Positions 10,261 through 20,255 of a stretch of 64,000 nucleotides of DNA are shown here, piece after piece; the first letter of the stretch is position 1; every line of letters starts with the position of its first letter. Source of the DNA: Alphaproteobacteria bacterium (GTDB lineage: Bacteria; Pseudomonadota; Alphaproteobacteria; UBA6615); the NCBI GenBank assembly GCA_965205535.1, contig CBDBHH010000005.1:88151-152150 (forward strand), given 5' to 3'. Made by a program: the position numbers and the translations under genes. The notes beneath the pieces are model-generated. The model was not told where the DNA came from. It saw only the letters and a list, made by a program, of their open reading frames with translations, and did not search any database.

Positions 10261-11352
10261 CTATTGCGGGCCCAGCGCATAGACGAACCCGGTATGGCTG
10301 CCGAAATAGATGCGTCCGCCCACAACGCTCGGCGATGTCCAGACCCGGTCGCCGGCCTCGAAACGCCATGCAATAGCTCCGTCACTACGGCGCAATGCAT
10401 ACAGATGCCCGTCGCTCGAGCCGACATAGATGTGTGCATCGGTTACCGCGGGGGACGAGAAAACCGGTCCGTTGATCCGGGTCTTCCAGCGCTCCCGCCC
10501 GCTTGCCGCATCGAGTGCGTAGACGAAGCCCGTGTGGGCACCGATATAGACCGTCCCGCCGATGATCGCAGGCGACGAGAACACCTCACGCCCCGTGGCG
10601 AAGGTCCAGCGTTTCTCGCCCGTCACCGCATCGCGCGCATAGATGTTGCCGTCGTCCGAACCGACCACGACGAGACCATCGGCCACGGCAGGCGAGGAGA
10701 ATATCTGCCCACGCGCGCGCATCTGCCAGATGCGTGTGCCTGTCGCGGCGTCGATCGCGTAGAGAATGCCACCGATCGAACTGATGTAGACAACCCCGTC
10801 CACCACCGCCGGTGAGGCCAGCACGCCGCCGCCGACACGGAAGCGCCAGCGCAAGGAGCCGCTGGCCGTGTTCAGCGCATAGACATGATTATCGAAGGCC
10901 CCGAAATACACGACATCGTCAACAACCGCAGGCGAGGATTGTTCGCCGCCCGGGCCCAGTTCGAAGGACCATTTGCCCGCACCCGTCTCGGCATCGACCG
11001 CATAGAATTTGTTGTCGTCGGCGCCGAAATAGACCGCCCCGTTGACCACTGCCGGCGAGGCCCGCAGCAGGCCGCCAACCGGAAATCGCCAGAGCTCCTC
11101 GCCCGTGTTCGCATCCACCGCAAACAACGCCTGCGCGAAACTGCCCGCATAAACGACACCGTCGACGACCGCGGGAGAGGATTCGACGATATCGCCGGTG
11201 TCGAACTTCCACAGGAGATCCGGTGCGGTGGCGATATCGCCCTGGCCATCCCACGCGCCGTGGGCGGGATCGAGCCGAAAGGCCGGCCAGTCGTCGGCCA
11301 GCGCAGGACCGGCGGCAATCAGAAACAGAAACAACGATATCGTGCGTACCAT
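10261..11352 (-). CDS. Exported PQQ-like (BamB-type) beta-propeller repeat protein
   Basis: Eight repeats of W.F..G....SSPAVV.G.VY.G..D...YA.DA.TG, with a signal peptide. Confidence 0.9.
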   Translation of the reverse strand: MVRTISLFLFLIAAGPALADDWPAFRLDPAHGAWDGQGDIATAPDLLWKFDTGDIVESSPAVVDGVVYAGSFAQALFAVDANTGEELWRFPVGGLLRASPAVVNGAVYFGADDNKFYAVDAETGAGKWSFELGPGGEQSSPAVVDDVVYFGAFDNHVYALNTASGSLRWRFRVGGGVLASPAVVDGVVYISSIGGILYAIDAATGTRIWQMRARGQIFSSPAVADGLVVVGSDDGNIYARDAVTGEKRWTFATGREVFSSPAIIGGTVYIGAHTGFVYALDAASGRERWKTRINGPVFSSPAVTDAHIYVGSSDGHLYALRRSDGAIAWRFEAGDRVWTSPSVVGGRIYFGSHTGFVYALGPQ

Positions 11353-11459
11353 GGCCCGGAGTGTCACCGACCACCGGGGACCCGGCCAGTCACAGCTTCG
11401 TGCATGACACATGATCCCTATAATGGTGCCCGACGCATTTTCATTCAGGACACGCATCT

Positions 11460-11882
11460 ATGGCTCTCTCTTCCGACGACATCATCGGCACCTGGTATCT
11501 CGTGGACACCTATCGCGACGACCCGGATGGCACACGTGTACAGCATCAGGGGCCGGAGCCCAACGGCATCATCATGTACACCGCCGACGGCCATATGAGT
11601 GCGATCACCCGCTGGGGCACTCGCGATTTCCCGCCCACAGCAGACGCGACGGACGCCGACAAGGCCCGGATGTTCGATACCTATCTGAACTATGCCGGCC
11701 GCTGGTCCCTCGACGGTAACACCGTCACCCACCACATCGCCCACGCCCTGAACGAAAACTTCGTCGGCAATGACCGGACCCGCGAGATCGACCATCAGGG
11801 CGACCGCATGGTGCTGAAGGGCAAAGGTGGTGACGGCACGTCGACCGCCACGATCGTTTGGGAACGCGCGCCGAAGAGATAA
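11460..11882 (+). CDS. Lipocalin-like domain protein
   Basis: IIGTWYLV, G.EPNGIIMYTADGHMS, YLNYAGRW and VTHHI pattern of the Lipocalin_5-type family. Confidence 0.8.
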   Translation: MALSSDDIIGTWYLVDTYRDDPDGTRVQHQGPEPNGIIMYTADGHMSAITRWGTRDFPPTADATDADKARMFDTYLNYAGRWSLDGNTVTHHIAHALNENFVGNDRTREIDHQGDRMVLKGKGGDGTSTATIVWERAPKR

Positions 11883-11888
11883 GCCAGC

Positions 11889-13181
11889 TTAGTCGAGCCC
11901 GACCGGCTTCGGCCCGCCGGTCGCCCAGTCGAGCAACTCCACCGTGTGGACCACCGGCGCATCCAGCGCGCCGGCAAGCTGGGTGATGCAACCGATATTC
12001 CCGGTCGCGACAACTTCGGGTGTGGTGCGGGCGATGTTCGCGGCCTTGCGGTCGCGCAGGCGCCCCGCAATCTCGGGCTGCAGGATGTTGTAGGTTCCTG
12101 CTGAGCCGCAGCACAGATGCCCCTCGCCCGGCTCGCTTACCGTGAACCCGGCAGCCGTCAGCAGCGCCTTGGGCGGCGTGCGGATTTGCTGGCCGTGCTG
12201 CATCGAACAGGCCGAATGATAGGTCACACGCAGTTCGGGAATATCCGCGACGGGTTTCAACGCGGGCTCCAGGGCCGCCAGATATTCGCTGACGTCCTTG
12301 GTCAACTCCGACACCCGGGCCGCCTTGTCGACATAGGCCGGGTTTTCACGGAACATGAAGCCGTAATCCTTGACCTGGGTGCCGCAGCCGCTGGTGTTGA
12401 TGATGATCGCGTCGAGCCCCTCGCCATCGACCTCGGCGATCCAGGCATCGATGTTGGCCGCAGCCTGGGCATGAGAGGCATCGACCTTACCCATATGGTG
12501 GACCAGCGAGCCGCAGCAGCCCGCCCCGTCGGCCACCACGACCTCGACCCCGAGCCGGGTCAGCAGGCGCACGGTCGCCTCGTTGATCTGAGGTGCGATG
12601 ACGGTCTGAGCGCAGCCGTTCAGCAGCGCGACGCGGCCACGGCGCTTGCCTTCCGCCGGGATCACCTGAGGCACGTCCACGGGCGACGGCGGGCCGAGGT
12701 CGGTCGGGGCAAGCTCCAGCATGGCGCGCAGGCGCCCGCGGAACAGCCCGCGCAGCGGGCGGGCCAGAGATGCCGCAGCCAGCAACGCCCGGAACCGCAG
12801 CGGATGCGGGATCGACCAGGCCAGCGCCCAGCGGATCATCCGATCGAACAGCGGCCGGGTGTAGGTCTCTTCGATATGCTTGCGGCCGTGGTCCACCAGG
12901 TGCTGGTAGTGCACGCCCGACGGACAGGTGGTCATGCAAGACAGGCACGACAGACAGCGATCTACATGGCGGACGGTTTCCTCGTCGGCCGGCGCATCGG
13001 CCTCGAGCATCTGCTTCATCAAGTAGATCCGCCCGCGCGGGCTGTCGAGCTCGTCGCCCAGCTCCACATAGGTCGGGCAGGTCGCGGTGCAAAAGCCGCA
13101 ATGAACGCACGCCCGCAGGATGTCGTTGGCGACCGCGATATCGGGGTCGGCGAGCTGGGCCAGTGAGAAATGGGTTTGCAT
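11889..13181 (-). CDS. glcF: Glycolate oxidase iron-sulfur subunit
   Basis: CVHCGFCTATCPT, CLSCLSCMTTCPSG and two CCG domains. Confidence 0.95.
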   Translation of the reverse strand: MQTHFSLAQLADPDIAVANDILRACVHCGFCTATCPTYVELGDELDSPRGRIYLMKQMLEADAPADEETVRHVDRCLSCLSCMTTCPSGVHYQHLVDHGRKHIEETYTRPLFDRMIRWALAWSIPHPLRFRALLAAASLARPLRGLFRGRLRAMLELAPTDLGPPSPVDVPQVIPAEGKRRGRVALLNGCAQTVIAPQINEATVRLLTRLGVEVVVADGAGCCGSLVHHMGKVDASHAQAAANIDAWIAEVDGEGLDAIIINTSGCGTQVKDYGFMFRENPAYVDKAARVSELTKDVSEYLAALEPALKPVADIPELRVTYHSACSMQHGQQIRTPPKALLTAAGFTVSEPGEGHLCCGSAGTYNILQPEIAGRLRDRKAANIARTTPEVVATGNIGCITQLAGALDAPVVHTVELLDWATGGPKPVGLD

Positions 13182-13184
13182 CGA

Positions 13185-14393
13185 CTAGACCCCGCTATAC
13201 ATGCGGCCGGGGTTGAGGATATGGCGCGGGTCGAAGCTTTCCTTCACCCGGGCCGACAGGGCCGCCAGCGGCGTCGGTTGAGGCTCGAACACGTCGACCG
13301 TGCGGCGAACATCTTCGGGGGCACGCACCAGGGTGGCATGGCCCCCGCCGTTCGCGGCGAGCGCACCGCGCACGACCACTGCACCCGCGTCGGACACAGA
13401 GTCGCCGGGCGTGTACCAGACGAGCCCGCCGCCCCAGTCATAGAGCATTCTGCCCGGGACACCTGTCGCGATGGACGACACAATATCCGCGGCCTTGTTC
13501 GGCGTGACCGAGAGCCGCCAGAGCGGCGCATCGTCGTCGCCGACCCCACCGACATCGCGCACGGCGGCCCAGAAGGCCTGAGAGTCTTCACGGTCGAGCG
13601 TCGACACGCTGCCATGGCCGCCGACGAGGTCGCGCAGCGTGTCGCCACGCGCGGCAACCGAGGGTGCGAAGCCTTCGATCCGGAATGCCGTGACCGGGCC
13701 CGATACCGCCGCCATGCCGCCGGGCATATGCGCCGCAGCTGACACCTCGTTGCTGGAATTGAGCGCCGCAGACATCAGGCCCACAGCGGCCGCATCGTCC
13801 GCATCCGACACCAGAATTGTTTCTTCGGTTTCTGCTGCGGGCAAAACCTTGATCGTGATCTGGGTCATCGCCGCCAGGGTGCCGAAGGAGCCCGTGAGCA
13901 GTTTCGAGAGGTCATAACCCGTGACGTTCTTCACCACCCGACCGCCGCTCTTCACCAGATCGCCGCGACCGGTAACGGCCTCTATACCCAAAATATGATC
14001 TCGCGCGGCACCCGCCTTGACCCGCCGCGGGCCGGCCAGATTGCAGGCGATCATGCCGCCCAGCGTACCGCCCTCTTCACCGTAGAGCCGCGCGAAACGC
14101 GGCGGTTCGAAGGCCAGCATCTGGCCCTTTGCCGCAACAGCCGCCTCGATCTCGGCCAGCGGCGTGCCCGCCCAGGCCGACAGGACCAGCTCTTCGGGTT
14201 CATACAGAGTGATACCCGACAGGCCCGACAGGTCGACCGCGTGGGCGATGGTGCGGTTGCCGTCCCCCATAAGTCGGCCGAAGCCGCGCTTGGTCCCGGT
14301 GCCGAGGATCTCGACCGGGGTCTCCTCGCCGGTCGCCCAGGCGATTGCCTCGACGACCTGTTCGGTGGTCTCAGGTTTGAGGGTTTCGACCAT
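13185..14393 (-). CDS. glcE: Glycolate oxidase FAD-binding subunit
   Basis: YEPEELVL, GAARDHILG, GGRVVKNVTGYDLSKL, FDPRHILNPGRM; lies between glcD and glcF. Confidence 0.92.
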   Translation of the reverse strand: MVETLKPETTEQVVEAIAWATGEETPVEILGTGTKRGFGRLMGDGNRTIAHAVDLSGLSGITLYEPEELVLSAWAGTPLAEIEAAVAAKGQMLAFEPPRFARLYGEEGGTLGGMIACNLAGPRRVKAGAARDHILGIEAVTGRGDLVKSGGRVVKNVTGYDLSKLLTGSFGTLAAMTQITIKVLPAAETEETILVSDADDAAAVGLMSAALNSSNEVSAAAHMPGGMAAVSGPVTAFRIEGFAPSVAARGDTLRDLVGGHGSVSTLDREDSQAFWAAVRDVGGVGDDDAPLWRLSVTPNKAADIVSSIATGVPGRMLYDWGGGLVWYTPGDSVSDAGAVVVRGALAANGGGHATLVRAPEDVRRTVDVFEPQPTPLAALSARVKESFDPRHILNPGRMYSGV

Positions 14394-14401
14394 CTGCAGG
14401 C

Positions 14402-15889
14402 TCAGAAACGCGGCAGATCGGGGAACGGCATCTGGCCGCGATGAATATGCATCCGCCCCAGCTCGGCGCAACGATGCAGGGTCGGGAACACCTTGCCCGG
14501 ATTGAGCAGCTGGTTGGGGTCGAAGGCGCATTTGACCCGCATCTGCTGGTTCAGATCATCGTCCGTGAAGACTTCCGACATGAGGTCGCGCTTCTCGACC
14601 CCCACGCCGTGCTCGCCGGTCAGGACGCCGCCGACCTCGACACACAGGCGCAGGATATCGGAACCGAAATTCTCCGCCCGTTCCAACTCACCGGGCTTGT
14701 TGGCGTCATACATGATCAGCGGGTGCAGGTTGCCGTCACCGGCATGGAAGACATTGGCCACACCGAGCCCGTATTTCTCCGAAAGGCCGGACATACGCTC
14801 GAGCACCTCGGGCAGGCGGTGGCGCGGGATGGTGCCGTCCATGCAGTAATAGTCGGGGGTCAGGCGGCCAATCGCAGGGAACGCGGCTTTGCGGCCCGCC
14901 CAGAACTGATTGCGTTCTTCTTCGCTCTCGGAGACCCGGATCGACACTGCGCCCAGCCCCTCGGCGATTTCACGTACCCGGCCAATCAGAAAGTCCACTT
15001 CAACCGGCGGGCCGTCCAGTTCCACGAGCAGCAGCGCCCCCACATCGAGCGGATAGCCAACCTGCACGAAGGCCTCCGCCGCCTCGATCGCCGGTCCGTC
15101 CATCATCTCCATGCCGCCGGGGATGATACCGGCGCCGATGATGTCGGCGACGCACTGGCCACCGGCGGTGCTGGATTCAAACCCGATCATCAGCGCGCGC
15201 GCCGTGGTCGGTTTCGGCAGGATCCGTACGGTCACTTCCGTAATCACACCCAGCAGGCCCTCCGAGCCGGTCATCAGGCCCAGCAGGTCGTATCCCTCGG
15301 AATCCATATGCTTGCCGCCGAGGCGCAGGACCTCGCCGTCCGGCAGCACCATTTCGATACCGAGGATGTTGTTGGTGGTCAGGCCGTATTTCAGGCAATG
15401 CACGCCGCCTGAATTCTCCGCCACGTTGCCGCCGATCGTGCAGGCGATCTGGCTCGACGGGTCGGGCGCGTAATAGAACCCATCCGCCTCGACCGCATGG
15501 GTGATCCCGAGATTGGTGACCCCCGGCTGGACGACGGCGCAGCGATTCTCGTAATCGATCTCGAGCACCCGGTTGAACTTGCCGAGCCCCAGTGTGATTG
15601 CGTCGGCGGCCGGCAGCGCGCCGCCGGACAATGACGTGCCCGCCCCGCGTGGGACGATCTTTACCGCATTCTCGTTGCAGTAACGCATGATCGCCGAGAC
15701 TTGGGCGACGGTCTCGGGCAGGACGACGATCATCGGCAGCTGCCGGTAGGCCGTCAGGCCGTCAGATTCATAGACCGCCATGCCGGTTTCATCGGCGATG
15801 ACCCCTTCACCGGGAACGAGCACACGCATGGCCGCGACGATCTCATCGCGCCGCGCGAGGGTCTGGGCATCGGGCTCGGGCATCTTCAT
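14402..15889 (-). CDS. glcD: Glycolate oxidase FAD-linked subunit
   Basis: PRGAGTSLSGG, YAPDPSSQIACTIGGNVAENSGGVHCLKYG, HAGDGNLHP, GEHGVG. Confidence 0.95.
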   Translation of the reverse strand: MKMPEPDAQTLARRDEIVAAMRVLVPGEGVIADETGMAVYESDGLTAYRQLPMIVVLPETVAQVSAIMRYCNENAVKIVPRGAGTSLSGGALPAADAITLGLGKFNRVLEIDYENRCAVVQPGVTNLGITHAVEADGFYYAPDPSSQIACTIGGNVAENSGGVHCLKYGLTTNNILGIEMVLPDGEVLRLGGKHMDSEGYDLLGLMTGSEGLLGVITEVTVRILPKPTTARALMIGFESSTAGGQCVADIIGAGIIPGGMEMMDGPAIEAAEAFVQVGYPLDVGALLLVELDGPPVEVDFLIGRVREIAEGLGAVSIRVSESEEERNQFWAGRKAAFPAIGRLTPDYYCMDGTIPRHRLPEVLERMSGLSEKYGLGVANVFHAGDGNLHPLIMYDANKPGELERAENFGSDILRLCVEVGGVLTGEHGVGVEKRDLMSEVFTDDDLNQQMRVKCAFDPNQLLNPGKVFPTLHRCAELGRMHIHRGQMPFPDLPRF

Positions 15890-15937
15890 GGGGCATCTCC
15901 AAAACGCAAGCCCAGAGTATAGCGGGCTGCGGGCAAC

Positions 15938-15966
15938 AAAAAACCGCGCATCACGCGCGGCTTTTT
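15938..15966 (-). terminator. Intrinsic terminator of rpmJ, potentially bidirectional
   Basis: A6-CCGCGC-atcac-GCGCGG-c-T5. Confidence 0.7.
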
Positions 15967-15990
15967 CATCACTTCATCAAACGCGCGGGC

Positions 15991-16116
15991 TCAGCCCTGG
16001 CGTGCCTTGAAGCGGGGGTTGCGCTTGCTGATCACGTAGATGCGTCCACGCCGGCGTACGACCTGGCAGCCGCGACCGCGCTTCTTGAGTGTCTTCAACG
16101 AACTTGCGACCTTCAT
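15991..16116 (-). CDS. rpmJ: 50S ribosomal protein L36, type B (missing from the ORF track)
   Basis: Manual translation: [41 protein letters not shown] (41 aa); GGGAG RBS upstream. Confidence 0.95.
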   Translation of the reverse strand: MKVASSLKTLKKRGRGCQVVRRRGRIYVISKRNPRFKARQG

Positions 16117-16212
16117 CGGACCGCTCCCAAATATGAAAATCCCGCCCCAAATGGCGGAAACGCGCGGAAACTAGCCGCGCGGCACCACCATGTCAACGGC
16201 CTGAACAGCTAT

Positions 16213-16505
16213 TCAACGCGCCTTGGCGTGATATTCAGGATTGGGCATCCGGTCCAGCGCCGTAGAGACCCGGTTTGTCATGTTGAAGAAGGCCGCGATG
16301 TTGGCGATATCGAGGATATCGCGCTCGTCGAAACCCGCGTCGCGCAACGCCTGACGATCAGGTTCCTCCACTTCAGCGGGTGCGCGGGTCATTTTGACCG
16401 CGAAGTCCAGCATGGCACGCTGGCGCGCAGAGATTTCCGCCGCACGGTAGTTGATGGCCATCAGCTCCCCCAGCGCGGGATCGCCCGACAGCTCACGCAC
16501 GCCGC
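16213..16505 (-). pseudogene. 3' half of a peroxidase-related AhpD/CMD-family gene, 5' half missing
   Basis: VRELSGDPALGE...NYRAA...RQRAMLDFAVKMT...AAFFNMTNRV is the C-terminal half. The expected CxxC-bearing N-terminus is replaced by unrelated sequence at about 16505-16580. Confidence 0.75.
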
Positions 16506-16581
16506 GCTCTCGCAACCGGAAGCGACGACGCACACGCGGTTGCCGCCGCGGGCTTCGTTCTGATGATGGTCGGCCGCGAGT

Positions 16582-17412
16582 ATGACGGGAGCGTGTGAAG
16601 AGGTTTTACCATCTTTGAACGAAAACTCATTTGATGCCTGTATCACTGACCCACCATATGGAATTGGAATGGATCATTGGGATCATTCAGTGCCATCGGT
16701 AGAAGTTTGGGAACAGGTATATCGTGTAATGAAACCCGGCGGATTCTTACTCTCGTTCGGATCACCGCAACTCTATCACCGTATGGCAGTAGCGATTGAA
16801 GACGCTGGATTTCTTATCAAAGATCAAATCATGTGGATGACGACCACAAAAATGCCAAAACCAAATCGGTTAAAATCTGCTCACGAACCTATTGTGGTAG
16901 CACAAAAACCACCGGAAGGGACATTAGAGCAAAATTACGAAAAATGGGGGTGTGGTCTAATTGATATAGAGGGAGCACGAGTGGCGTGGAATGGAGATGC
17001 TCCCGGCGATTATGCTTTAGGCGGATTCCAGCGCACCGTTTATGGAAGACCAACGACAAAAGGTTCTACCAAACATTTGGGTAAAGTCTCTCCAAATGAA
17101 AATGGGCGGTATCCATCTAACATTATTGGTGAGGTGCACCCAGATCATCAAAAGTATTTCTATTCCCCAAGAGCAAGCAGAGCAGAAAAGGGTGACGAAA
17201 ATAATCATCCAACGGTGAAACCGTTAGATTTGATGAGGTATCTGGTAAAGATTTATGCGCCTGTCGGTAGCACCCTCCTTGACCCTTTCTGTGGGTCTGG
17301 CAGTACAGGGATCGCTTGTCTGGCAGAGAACAGACAATTTCTTGGTATAGAAAAAGACAAGGGATATGCTCACCTCGCAAGACAATCACTCTCAATTACA
17401 GAGGCGTCATGA
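16582..17412 (+). CDS. Site-specific DNA methyltransferase (N6/N4, beta class), orphan; N-terminus possibly clipped
   Basis: TDPPY near the N-terminus, HEPIVVAQKP, GRYPSNII, NNHPTVKP, LDPFCGSGSTG. Confidence 0.9.
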   Translation: MTGACEEVLPSLNENSFDACITDPPYGIGMDHWDHSVPSVEVWEQVYRVMKPGGFLLSFGSPQLYHRMAVAIEDAGFLIKDQIMWMTTTKMPKPNRLKSAHEPIVVAQKPPEGTLEQNYEKWGCGLIDIEGARVAWNGDAPGDYALGGFQRTVYGRPTTKGSTKHLGKVSPNENGRYPSNIIGEVHPDHQKYFYSPRASRAEKGDENNHPTVKPLDLMRYLVKIYAPVGSTLLDPFCGSGSTGIACLAENRQFLGIEKDKGYAHLARQSLSITEAS

Positions 17413-17614
17413 TGCCGCCTGTATTTTTCACAGGGAAGTTTCAACATACCCCCATCCAGTTTTAGGTGGGCTTTTATGATTTTCACTGGATACTATGGGG
17501 GTTTGTAGACTGTGTTTCGGAATGGGACCCAAATCGCACTCCCGTCAGCTTAGATGGGGGGATAAAGGTCTTTATCTATAGCATTTTTTTCGTTTAGAAA
17601 CAGGTACTTACAAC

Positions 17615-19069
17615 ATGTACGAAGCCGCGTTCAAGAATATTGACGATACGTTACGGAAAGACGCTGGCTGTAGCAGTGAACTTGACTACATCGAACAAAC
17701 CAGCTGGATTTTGTTCCTAAAGTACCTTGATGACTTCGAAGCTGATAAAGCCAACTCAGCACTGCTGAACGGAGAGACGTACACGCCCATCCTGAATGAT
17801 GAATTTAGCTGGACGACATGGGCGTCACCAAAATCGGCAGATGGCAAGCAGGATTACAACGCAGCACTCACAGGCGATGATTTACGGGAATTCGTTAATT
17901 TCAAGCTGTTTCCCTATCTCAAGCAATTCAAGGTATCAGCTGACAGCGCCAATACGCTGGAATACAAAATCGGTGAAATTTTCAGCGAGATAAGCAACAA
18001 GCTGCAAAGTGGCTATGCTCTGCGTGACGTAATCAACAAAATTGATGAGCTGAGCTTCCTCAGCAATGACGACAAGCACGAACTCAGCAGCTTGTACGAA
18101 GATAAAATTAAGAATATGGGCAATGCTGGCAGGAACGGTGGCGAATATTATACGCCTCGCCCACTCATCAAAAGCATCGTCAAAGTTGTTAATCCTGTCA
18201 TCGGCGAAACTGTTTATGACGGCGCTGTGGGTAGTGCAGGGTTTTTGTGTGAAGCATATGCCCACATACGTGGCAGCAAGGAACTCAGTGCCGGTGAGTA
18301 TGAGCAACTGCAGCAACACACGCTCTATGGCAAAGAGAAAAAGTCATTAGCCTACGTGATTGGCATAATGAACATGATACTCCATGGCGTTGAAGCGCCT
18401 AATATCGTGCACACAAATACCCTTGGCGAAAATATTGCTGACATACAGCAAAAGGACCGAGTGGATGTCGTACTCGCTAATCCTCCGTTCGGTGGCAAAG
18501 AACAGGCAGAGGTCCAGCAGAACTTTCCTGTAGCAACCAGTGAGACAGCGTATCTGTTCTTGCAGCATTTTATAAAGATGCTGAAGGTAAACGGACGCTG
18601 TGGCGTTGTGATTAAGAATACGTTCCTCAGCAACACAGATAATGCCAGCGTTGCACTGCGTAAGCAGCTGCTTGAGGAATGTAATCTGTTTGCTGTGCTG
18701 GATTTGCCCGGCGGCGCATTTATTGGCACAGGCGTTAAGACTGTGGTGCTGTTTTTTGAAAAAGGAAAATCCACTGAAAACGTTTGGTACTACCAGCTGA
18801 ATGTCGGCAGAAACATGGGGAAAACAAACCCGTTGAACGAGCGCGATTTGGCTGAGTTTGTTGAGATGGCTAAGACACAGGAGCTGAGTGACAACAGCTG
18901 GTTGGTAGACGTAGCAACTGTCAACAAAGACACTTGGGATTTAACTGTTAACAATCCGAATACAGTTGAAGAAGTTGATAATCGCACACCTCAAGAAATC
19001 ATCGCAGAAATTGAACAGCTGGATGTGCAAGCAGCACAAGCATTACAGGCAATCAAGGAGTTGCTGTGA
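17615..19069 (+). CDS. hsdM: Type I R-M methyltransferase subunit
   Basis: GEYYTPR, YDGAVGSAGFL, LANPPF; directly upstream of hsdS and hsdR. Confidence 0.95.
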   Translation: MYEAAFKNIDDTLRKDAGCSSELDYIEQTSWILFLKYLDDFEADKANSALLNGETYTPILNDEFSWTTWASPKSADGKQDYNAALTGDDLREFVNFKLFPYLKQFKVSADSANTLEYKIGEIFSEISNKLQSGYALRDVINKIDELSFLSNDDKHELSSLYEDKIKNMGNAGRNGGEYYTPRPLIKSIVKVVNPVIGETVYDGAVGSAGFLCEAYAHIRGSKELSAGEYEQLQQHTLYGKEKKSLAYVIGIMNMILHGVEAPNIVHTNTLGENIADIQQKDRVDVVLANPPFGGKEQAEVQQNFPVATSETAYLFLQHFIKMLKVNGRCGVVIKNTFLSNTDNASVALRKQLLEECNLFAVLDLPGGAFIGTGVKTVVLFFEKGKSTENVWYYQLNVGRNMGKTNPLNERDLAEFVEMAKTQELSDNSWLVDVATVNKDTWDLTVNNPNTVEEVDNRTPQEIIAEIEQLDVQAAQALQAIKELL

Positions 19070-20255
19070 TGTGGAAGACAGTGAAGCTTGGGGATGTTTG
19101 TACAATAAAAACTGGGAACAGTATCCCAGCCAAGAAAAAAGATGAGTTTTTCACTGGTGTTAAAGGAATGCCATATGTAGCAACCAAAGATGTCGGATTT
19201 GATGGCGATATCAATTACGAAAATGGTATTCGAATACCTGATGCATATCAAAGTAAATTCAAAATATCTCCAGCCGGAGCAACGCTTATTTGTGCAGAGG
19301 GTGGAAGCGCAGGTAGAAAAATCGCCTTCTCTTTTGAAGACTGTTGCTACGTTAACAAACTGTTTTCACTACAGACTGACATAAATGTAATCCCAAAATT
19401 CATTTACTATTATGCTTTAAGCGCTGGCTTTCAGTCTCAGTTTAAGGAAGCATTGCATGGGCTGATTGGTGGTGTTTCGTTATCAAAAATAAAAGATTTT
19501 CAAATATCAATCCCCCCACTCGCAGAACAACAACGCATCGTAGCCAAACTGGATGCTGCGTTTGCTGAGATTAATAAAAGCCAAGCTTCGAATTTAAATA
19601 AAAAAATGAATTAGCCGCGATATCATTAACAACAACTCAGCTAGTGTTTGATAAATTTAGTTCCCAAATTCAATATCAGGAACTGCAGGAACTTTGCTCG
19701 AAGATTACAGACGGGGTGCACAAAAAGCCTGACTACGTTGATGGTGGTGTGCCCTTCCTAAAAATTAACAACTTAACAGCAGGGGAAGGCATCTCATTCA
19801 AAAGCATAAGCTACATAACGCAGGAAGCACATGAGCAATTTATTAAAAGAACACATCCAGAGCGCGATGATATTCTTATCACTAAGGATGGAACAATTGG
19901 TGTTGTTCGAAAAATAGATACAGACGTAGAGTTTTCAATATTTGTTTCCTTAGCACTAATTAAACCTAAGAAAAAAAAGCATTCTGATTATCTCACTTAT
20001 GTACTTCGTTCAACGTACTGCCAGAGCCAGTTAAACCCAAGTGGAACGGCTCTTAAGCATATTTACCTTAAAGATTTGCGAAAACTAAAAATCCCGATTT
20101 CTTCGGATGAAGTGAATTCACAGATTGTTAATGCGTTAAATGATTTTGAAGAAAAAATACGAATTTTATCTACAACCCTAGATCATAAACAAAATGCTTT
20201 GGAAAGGCTGAAAACCGGAATACTCGCACAAGAACTGCAAAGCGAGGCAGCATGA
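19069..20255 (+). pseudogene. hsdS: Type I R-M specificity subunit, frameshifted at an A7 run (19600-19606)
   Basis: WKTVKLGDVC...PPLAEQQRIVAKLD (TRD1 plus coiled coil) continues in another frame as a second TRD (ITDGVHKKP...ILAQEL). Adding one A joins the two parts without a stop. Confidence 0.88.

Noticed and set aside
1602-15473. Many long antisense or alternative-frame ORFs in the core region (for example 3372..4700, 4826..5881, 8250..9518, 12117..13166, 14441..15412)
   Set aside because: Shadow ORFs of well-supported genes in GC-rich DNA; no motifs of their own.
16124-16129. rpmJ RBS (UGGGAG) complementary to the sRNA CUCCCA loops
   Set aside because: A 6-nt match to an SD-like sequence is expected by chance; not enough to call a target.
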